A stretch of DNA of 24,000 bases, from contig CAUVWZ020000002.1 of NCBI GenBank assembly GCA_963555835.3, positions 2,333,450 through 2,357,449 of the forward strand, in the 5' to 3' direction. Below the pieces are notes generated by a model. That model saw nothing but the letters and a program-made list of their open reading frames with translations, did not search any database and was not told where the DNA came from. Shown piece after piece: positions 16,256 to 24,000 of this stretch (within the stretch, counting starts at the first letter, position 1; each line of letters opens with the position of its first letter). This DNA comes from Terriglobia bacterium (GTDB lineage Bacteria; Acidobacteriota; Terriglobia; UBA7540; JAPUME01). Position numbers and translations under genes: made by a program.

Positions 16256-17725
16256 ATGGATCAAGAAGAGAAGAAACCACCTCAGGAAACCGGCGGGGGG
16301 CAGATGCCTGCCTGGCAGGTCGATGAGCTGCCGGCGCCTCCACCGGTAAACTTCCGCAACATCCGCCGCATGGTCGGGCCGGGCGCGATTCTGCTGGCGG
16401 CAAGCATCGGCGGCGGGGAGTGGCTGGTGGGTCCCACGGCCGTCGTGCAGTACGGGACTTCGATCCTGGGCATCGTGACCATCGCCATCGTCCTGCAGGT
16501 GATCTTCAACCTGGAAGGCATCCGCTACACGCTCTACACGGGAGAACCCATCTACGGAGGATTCCTGCGCCTCTGGCCGGGGCCTCGGCTCTGGGCTCCC
16601 GTTTACGTCTTTCTCGCTTTCGTGCAACTCGCCTGGCCGGCGCTGGCCGCAGCGGCTGCGGTGACGCTGATAGCCGGCTTCACCGGCCGCCTGCCGACCG
16701 ATGCCGACGCATCCACCATGCACTGGGTGGGGAGCATTCTCCTGTTGCTCGTGGTGGCGCTGCTTTCGCTGGGAGGGACCATCGAACGGATGCTCGAACT
16801 GGTCTCGATGACCATGCTGGTCATGGTGATCCTGTTCCTGCTGGTGGTAAATATCTTCTTCATCCCCTGGGAGACGTGGGTCAGAACCTTTAGGGGGTTC
16901 TTTCAACTCTCCGGTTTCAGCGGGGACATGGATTGGCTTCTGATGGGAACCCTGGCCGCCACGGCCGCTTCCGGCGGCATGGGAAACCTGACCATCACCA
17001 ACTGGATGCGCGACAAGGACTACGGAATGGGAGCGCGAACCGGGGCCATTCCCTCTGCCATCGGAGGCCGCAAGGTGGAGGTCTCGCACTTCGGAAAAAT
17101 TTTCAAGGTCACGCCCGCGAGCCTGGAGCGCTGGAAGGCCTGGTGGCGCTACGTTCACATCGACCAGATCTGGTTATGGGGGGTCGGGGCTTTCGTGGGG
17201 ATGTATCTGAACGTGAACCTGGCGGCGGGGGTGATTCCGCAGGGGACGGAGCTCAAGGGGATGGCGGTGGGCATCTACCAGGCGCAATACCTGGCCGACA
17301 AGCTTTGGTCCGGATTCTGGATTCTGACCCTGGTCAACGGATTCTGGATCGTCTTTTCGACGCAACTGGGAAACACCGACGTCCTGGTGCGAACCGTGAC
17401 CGACGTGCTGTGGATGGGCAACAAGCGGGTGCGCGACTGGCGCGGCGGCAAGATTCAGGCCATCTATTACTCGATCCTGACGGTTTACACGGTGCTCGCC
17501 ATGTTCGCCATTCGCGTGGGGAACCCGCTCGAGCAGTTCAAGATTCTAGCCAACGTGGCCGGGTTCATTCTGGTCATCGGCGGCATCCAGATTTTCCTCG
17601 TCAATCGCAAGTTCCTGCCTCGCCAACTTCAGGCCCCCTGGTGGCAGCAGGCGGGGCTCCTGGGTTGCGTCCTGTTTTACGCGCTGTTTTTTGCCCGCGT
17701 GGTTTATTCCGTGATTTTCGAGTAG
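16256..17725 (+). CDS. Nramp-like (APC-superfamily) multi-pass membrane transporter
   Basis: About 11-12 hydrophobic segments. The N-terminal signature is MVGPGAILLAASIGGGEWLVGP..VVQYG.S.L, as seen in the Nramp-related family; the canonical DPGN is replaced by GGGE. The start is uncertain (GTG 16229 or ATG 16256). Confidence 0.6.
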   Translation: MDQEEKKPPQETGGGQMPAWQVDELPAPPPVNFRNIRRMVGPGAILLAASIGGGEWLVGPTAVVQYGTSILGIVTIAIVLQVIFNLEGIRYTLYTGEPIYGGFLRLWPGPRLWAPVYVFLAFVQLAWPALAAAAAVTLIAGFTGRLPTDADASTMHWVGSILLLLVVALLSLGGTIERMLELVSMTMLVMVILFLLVVNIFFIPWETWVRTFRGFFQLSGFSGDMDWLLMGTLAATAASGGMGNLTITNWMRDKDYGMGARTGAIPSAIGGRKVEVSHFGKIFKVTPASLERWKAWWRYVHIDQIWLWGVGAFVGMYLNVNLAAGVIPQGTELKGMAVGIYQAQYLADKLWSGFWILTLVNGFWIVFSTQLGNTDVLVRTVTDVLWMGNKRVRDWRGGKIQAIYYSILTVYTVLAMFAIRVGNPLEQFKILANVAGFILVIGGIQIFLVNRKFLPRQLQAPWWQQAGLLGCVLFYALFFARVVYSVIFE

Positions 17726-17727
17726 GC

Positions 17728-17742
17728 GGGGGGGGGGGGGGG
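17728..17742 (+). repeat. homopolymeric G15 tract
   Basis: 15 consecutive G (17728-17742), beginning 3 nt after the transporter stop codon (TAG 17723-17725). Confidence 0.95.
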
Positions 17743-17745
17743 TAG

Positions 17746-17779
17746 CGCAGAACCCGTAGTCTGGTTCTGCGGCGTTTGT
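17746..17779 (+). terminator. putative intrinsic terminator of the transporter gene
   Basis: CGCAGAACC (17746-17754), an 8-nt loop, GGTTCTGCG (17763-17771), then GCGTTTGT. Confidence 0.5.
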
Positions 17780-17792
17780 ATGGTCACAAACC

Positions 17793-17845
17793 CGAAAGAC
17801 GCGGAACCTGGAAGGCGGGTCCCGGCACCCCGGGACAGGTTCCGC
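17793..17845 (-). terminator. putative intrinsic terminator of lysC (long compound hairpin)
   Basis: The outer 10-bp stem is GCGGAACCTG (17801-17810) / CAGGTTCCGC (17836-17845). The inner stem is TCCCGG/CCGGGA. On the minus strand it is followed by GTCTTTCGGGTTTGTG. Confidence 0.5.
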
Positions 17846-17934
17846 GCTACCTGCTGCTCAAACGAGATGCTTCACTGCGCTCAACATGACATGCATCACC
17901 GAGACTGTGGATCACCTGTTCCGGTTAAACGCCG

Positions 17935-19308
17935 CTAGAGGTGTGCAACCGTGGCTGTTTCCAAAAGCTCCCGGTGCAGGAGGCGGACCGCCGTGTCGGC
18001 GTCGGCCTGCTTGACGACAAAGGACAGGTTGATGTCCGAGGCGCCGAAGGAAACCATCAGCAAATTGATCTCCCGCAGGGCGCCGAAAACCCGCCCCGCC
18101 ACGCCCGTTTGATGAAGGAAGTTTCTTCCCACCACCGAAATAACGGCTAAATCCCTCTGCACCACGACGCGGCAATGGGGTTGGAGGTCCCGGCGAATCA
18201 GCTCCAGGCTTCGCACGTCATCCACCGTGAGTGAAACGGAGACCTCTGAGGTGGCCACCAGATCAACCGCCGTACTGTATTTATCAAAGACCTGGAAGAT
18301 GAAAGCCAGAAACCCGTGCGCCATCAGCATTCGGGGAGAGGAGAGCGTGATACCGGTAATCCCCTTCTTGGTGGCGATGGCGCGAATGATTCTCTCACCA
18401 CTGCCGGAAGCCGTAATGCGCGTGCCCGACATTTTGGGTTTGAGGGTATTGAGGACGCGAACCGGGATGCCCGCCTCCATGGCTGGCTTGATGGTGCTCG
18501 GATGCAGGACCTTGGCGCCGAAGTAGGCGAGCTCGGATGCTTCGTCGAAACTGATCTCCTCCAGCAGGCGCGCCTCGGGAACCACGCGAGGGTCGGAGGT
18601 CATCATCCCGTCCACGTCGGTCCAGATCTGAATCTCCTCGGCCTCCAGGCAGACGCCGAGGATAGCGGCGCTGAAGTCACTCCCGCCCCTCCCCAGTGTG
18701 GTGGGGGTTCCCTTCAGTGTGGAGCCGACAAATCCGCCTGTGACCGGAACCTGATGATTCTGAACGATGGGGGGGAAGTTTGCCCCGACAAGCTGCCGGA
18801 CCTCCTCCCAAAGCGGCTGGGCACGCCCGAATTCCTCATTGGTGAGAAGCCACTCGCGTGGGTCCACCCAGGCCGCGGGAACGCCCTGGGCCCGGCAGGC
18901 GTAAACCATCAGGCGCGAGGAGAGAATTTCTCCCAGCCCGGCCAACAGGTCCGAGACGCGTGGACTCAGCTCGCGTAGCAGCACCAGGCCGCGGTAGATC
19001 GCCGAAATCCTTTCGAGCGCTGGCTCCAGATCGCGGCGGAGGGCCTGCCAGTCTTCCCCCGCGCGTTCTGCCAGAATCCGGCCCATCTGGTCGTGCCGGT
19101 CTCGCAACTGCGCCAATAGAGGCTCAAGCGCCGATTCATCTCCTCGCAGTGCGACCTCAGCCCCCTTGATCAGCGCATCGGTGACTCCGCCCAAGGCCGA
19201 GACCACCACTACGGGCCGCCGTTCGCGGCAGTCGCGCACCAGGGCAGCGGCAGAGAGCATGCGCTCCGCGTCGGCAACCGATGTTCCCCCGAATTTCAGT
19301 ACGATCAT
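17935..19308 (-). CDS. lysC: aspartate kinase (monofunctional, two C-terminal ACT domains)
   Basis: MIVLKFGGTSV, GRGGSDFSAA, a kinase core and ACT-like repeats (VAVISVVG...; INLLMVSFGASDINLSFVV). Confidence 0.9.
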   Translation of the reverse strand: MIVLKFGGTSVADAERMLSAAALVRDCRERRPVVVVSALGGVTDALIKGAEVALRGDESALEPLLAQLRDRHDQMGRILAERAGEDWQALRRDLEPALERISAIYRGLVLLRELSPRVSDLLAGLGEILSSRLMVYACRAQGVPAAWVDPREWLLTNEEFGRAQPLWEEVRQLVGANFPPIVQNHQVPVTGGFVGSTLKGTPTTLGRGGSDFSAAILGVCLEAEEIQIWTDVDGMMTSDPRVVPEARLLEEISFDEASELAYFGAKVLHPSTIKPAMEAGIPVRVLNTLKPKMSGTRITASGSGERIIRAIATKKGITGITLSSPRMLMAHGFLAFIFQVFDKYSTAVDLVATSEVSVSLTVDDVRSLELIRRDLQPHCRVVVQRDLAVISVVGRNFLHQTGVAGRVFGALREINLLMVSFGASDINLSFVVKQADADTAVRLLHRELLETATVAHL

Positions 19309-19344
19309 GCTTCGTCCGCCAGTGTAAATTCGCGAACCCCTTCC

Positions 19345-19656
19345 TTAGTCCGCTTCCTCCGCGATAAATCCCCGGATCGCCTCCAGGTCAGAGGCGGAAA
19401 TATCGGTAAATGCGATGCCCACTCCTTTCCCTTCAAACTGCCGCTTGATGATCCCCGAGGCGCGAATCATGGGAAGTTGGGGCGGATTCCCAAAGGCAAT
19501 CTTGAGCACCGTTCCGACGGGAAGGGCGCGCCGCATGGACAAGAAAATTCCCCTTTCACTCAGGTTCTTGCTCTGAACAACATAGTGCGCCTTGTCGGTT
19601 CCCAAAACGACGTCGACGAAAAACTCTTTCCGTCCCCCCTGGCGATGTTCGTCCAT
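19345..19656 (-). CDS. PilZ domain protein (predicted c-di-GMP receptor)
   Basis: 103 aa with both PilZ signature motifs: RxxxR (RQGGR, residues 5-9) and (D/N)xSxxG (NLSERG, residues 31-36). Its stop lies 36 nt upstream of the lysC start. Confidence 0.75.
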   Translation of the reverse strand: MDEHRQGGRKEFFVDVVLGTDKAHYVVQSKNLSERGIFLSMRRALPVGTVLKIAFGNPPQLPMIRASGIIKRQFEGKGVGIAFTDISASDLEAIRGFIAEEAD

Positions 19657-19809
19657 TATTACAATGATTACCTGCTGATTTTAGTCACTACCCCGGGTTC
19701 CCGTAAAGCCCCGTGAGGGATTAAGACGCATTGAAGGCCGACACAATTCCCTTGAATATGCCTCCCCCTGAAGGCATACTAACCCCCGATTATACCTAGG
19801 CGGTGAACA

Positions 19810-21042
19810 ATGCGACACTTGGGGATTTTAGTTTTTGCAGCGGTATGCCTGGCAGCCTTCAGCCTACCCTTGCCCGGCCAACAGGGAGGCGGTAGTAGTG
19901 GTAGCAGCGGTGGGAGCGCCGTCGGGACCTCGTCAACGAGGGGCCGCGGAGCTACTACCGAACCCGGCGGCCCGGGGCGGATTAGCGGTCGCATGCCGGG
20001 TTACGACCTGGAAAAACGGACGATTATTATTTCCGGACGAGTCCAATCCGTGTCGGCCAACTTTGGCGAGCAGATTCGGGTCGAGTTCTGGAACCACGGA
20101 CGGTTGCTTCAAGCCGTCTTCTCCGACCTGCGCGGCAACTTCACCTTTACTTTCGACGGAAACCAGGGCCCGCATACCCCCAGCGGGAACTCAGCAGCCA
20201 TCTCCGATGCCTCCTATTCAGCCCAACGGAATCGATTTCTGGGGGTCGGCTCCACGGGCAACACACAGGCCCTGGTCCGGGGCGGTGAAGTTCGCGTGAA
20301 TGTGGCGGGCTTCCACTCCGTGAGCAAGATGATCCTCGGCCCCCTCTCCATGCTAACTGACGTCGGCACGATCACCCTTGCGCGGCTGGCCAAAGTTGAC
20401 GGCACCGCCGTCAGCCTTACCAGCCTCCAGGCCCCCAAGAAAGCGCGCAAGGAGATGAACAAGGCCGCCAAGCTGATAAAGAAAAGCAAGGCGGAAGAGG
20501 CCGCTAAACACCTTCAGAAGGCCGTCGAGATCTATCCCCAATACGCTGTCGCCTGGAATTTGCTCGGTGACATCTATCTCCGCCAGAACCAGCCCGAAAA
20601 GGCACGCCAGGCGTTCTCGGAATCCGTGAAGGCGGATCCGAAGTACATCCGACCCTACCTGGGGCAGGCAGATATTCAGATGCGGAGCAGGCAGTTTACC
20701 GAGCTGCTCGAGACCACCAGCACCCTGCTGCGGCTGGATCCCACGCACGGTACGGCAAGCTACTACAAAGCAGTCGGCCACTATTCCCTGGGACAGTTCG
20801 GAGAAGCAGAAAAGAACGTGCAGGCCGCCATCCAAAGCCCGAGCGGCGCCCCGTCTTTTGCCCACTATCTACTGGGGTCGCTTCTGGCCCGCAAAGGGAC
20901 CTACCCGGAGGCGGCAAAAGAGCTGCGTCTGTTCCTAAAAATAGCGCCGGGTACCCCGGCCGCCGTCGAGGCACAGAAGCTCCTGACGCAGACCGAAAGC
21001 CAGCTTTCCAGGCTGCAGCAAGCCGAAATACCGGCGCAGTAG
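19810..21042 (+). CDS. secreted tetratricopeptide repeat protein
   Basis: It has a signal peptide (ILVFAAVCLAAFSLPLPGQ), a G/S-rich linker and a beta-rich middle domain. TPR units occupy the C-terminal half (AVEIYPQYAVAWNLLGDIYLRQNQPEKARQAF...). Confidence 0.75.
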   Translation: MRHLGILVFAAVCLAAFSLPLPGQQGGGSSGSSGGSAVGTSSTRGRGATTEPGGPGRISGRMPGYDLEKRTIIISGRVQSVSANFGEQIRVEFWNHGRLLQAVFSDLRGNFTFTFDGNQGPHTPSGNSAAISDASYSAQRNRFLGVGSTGNTQALVRGGEVRVNVAGFHSVSKMILGPLSMLTDVGTITLARLAKVDGTAVSLTSLQAPKKARKEMNKAAKLIKKSKAEEAAKHLQKAVEIYPQYAVAWNLLGDIYLRQNQPEKARQAFSESVKADPKYIRPYLGQADIQMRSRQFTELLETTSTLLRLDPTHGTASYYKAVGHYSLGQFGEAEKNVQAAIQSPSGAPSFAHYLLGSLLARKGTYPEAAKELRLFLKIAPGTPAAVEAQKLLTQTESQLSRLQQAEIPAQ

Positions 21043-21234
21043 CGCCGCGGCAAGGTACCCGGGGCAATGCCCGAAAGGGAATCCCTGGGTGCACCTTTCT
21101 CCTCATCCCTCACATTTTCAATTCATCAAATCAACCCGGCAGGTGTCGAGGCGATTCCTGAGGATTCTTCAGGGGGGGCTGGGGAACCGGCAGTAGGCTA
21201 TTCGCCTATGGGGTGGGGGCCGATAGGGTAGGGG

Positions 21235-23700
<2,466 letters not shown>

Positions 23701-23820
23701 TCAATCCTCCCGCCTGAAATAGAAACCCGGTCCTTCTACCCCCGGATCAACTCACCATGATTAGCTGATTCTCTCTGCGCTACCGACACATGACCTCTCG
23801 CGCCGCCTGCACGATCTCTT

Positions 23821-24000
23821 AGATCCGCATCGGCATCACAACGTAACGATACCGGTACGGGTGATCCCCGATGGGTCGGAACTGCCCAGCGCTGTGCTCA
23901 TCCTTTAGCTCCAGGGCGATGCTTCCTCCTTCACTCAACGCCCCAAAGAAGTCCAGCAGGTACTGAAAATTGAATCCGATCTCCAGAGGTTCTTTCTTGT
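23821..24000 (-). CDS. dnaN: DNA polymerase III beta sliding clamp, 3' end only (gene continues beyond the window)
   Basis: This feature is not in the ORF track. The minus-strand translation of 24000->23821 reads ..KKEPLEIGFNFQYLLDFFGALSEGGSIALELKDEHSAGQFRPIGDHPYRYRYVVMPMRI*, a typical DnaN C-terminus. Confidence 0.85.

Noticed and set aside
15967-16403. ORFs 15967..16179(-), 16099..16326(+) and 16116..16403(-) in the queG-transporter spacer
   Set aside because: They are built from the two REP-like hairpins and the transporter 5' region, and they have no SD or motifs.
16232-17158. 308-aa minus-strand ORF inside the transporter gene. The same applies to 1494..2423(+), 3624..4427(+), 18316..18978(+) and 21925..23652(+).
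   Set aside because: All are antisense to ORFs with strong family motifs (Nramp-like, VWA, rpe, lysC, gyrB). They translate to R/G/P/H-rich low-complexity sequence.

Overview
This is a high-GC bacterial chromosomal segment with Acidobacteriota-type hallmarks: a secreted VWA protein of the VWFA-related acidobacterial type and GTGCCCCATCC...GGGTGGGG REP-like hairpins. It lies next to the replication-origin gene cluster, with gyrB and the 3' end of dnaN on the minus strand at the right edge. Core genes from left to right are: a 5'-partial CDF metal exporter with three tandem cytoplasmic domains, a VWA protein, a BamD-like lipoprotein with a long acidic tail, rpe, a frameshifted class I SAM methyltransferase, a stand-alone 681-aa radical SAM enzyme of the Tes/GDGT-MAS (tetraether lipid synthase) type, queG, an Nramp-like transporter, a PilZ gene followed by lysC, a secreted TPR protein, gyrB and dnaN. 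Between the radical SAM gene and queG (about 7.57-14.35 kb) the sequence is visibly AT-richer in stretches and mosaic. That block holds a 774-nt ORF-free, repeat-laden spacer and gene fragments (CBS, TPR). It also holds an IS1380-family element wedged between an EEP-family nuclease/phosphatase gene and a beta-sandwich ORF, plus a small cassette of uncharacterised membrane and small proteins. I found no rRNA, tRNA or CRISPR array. Two ORFs are broken at short homopolymer runs and a G15 tract is present, so both gene decay and homopolymer sequencing error must be considered. The most interesting items are the bacterial Tes-like radical SAM gene with its unusual upstream region, and the IS-disrupted EEP / membrane-protein island. 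All functional calls rest on motif recognition by eye; no database search was run.
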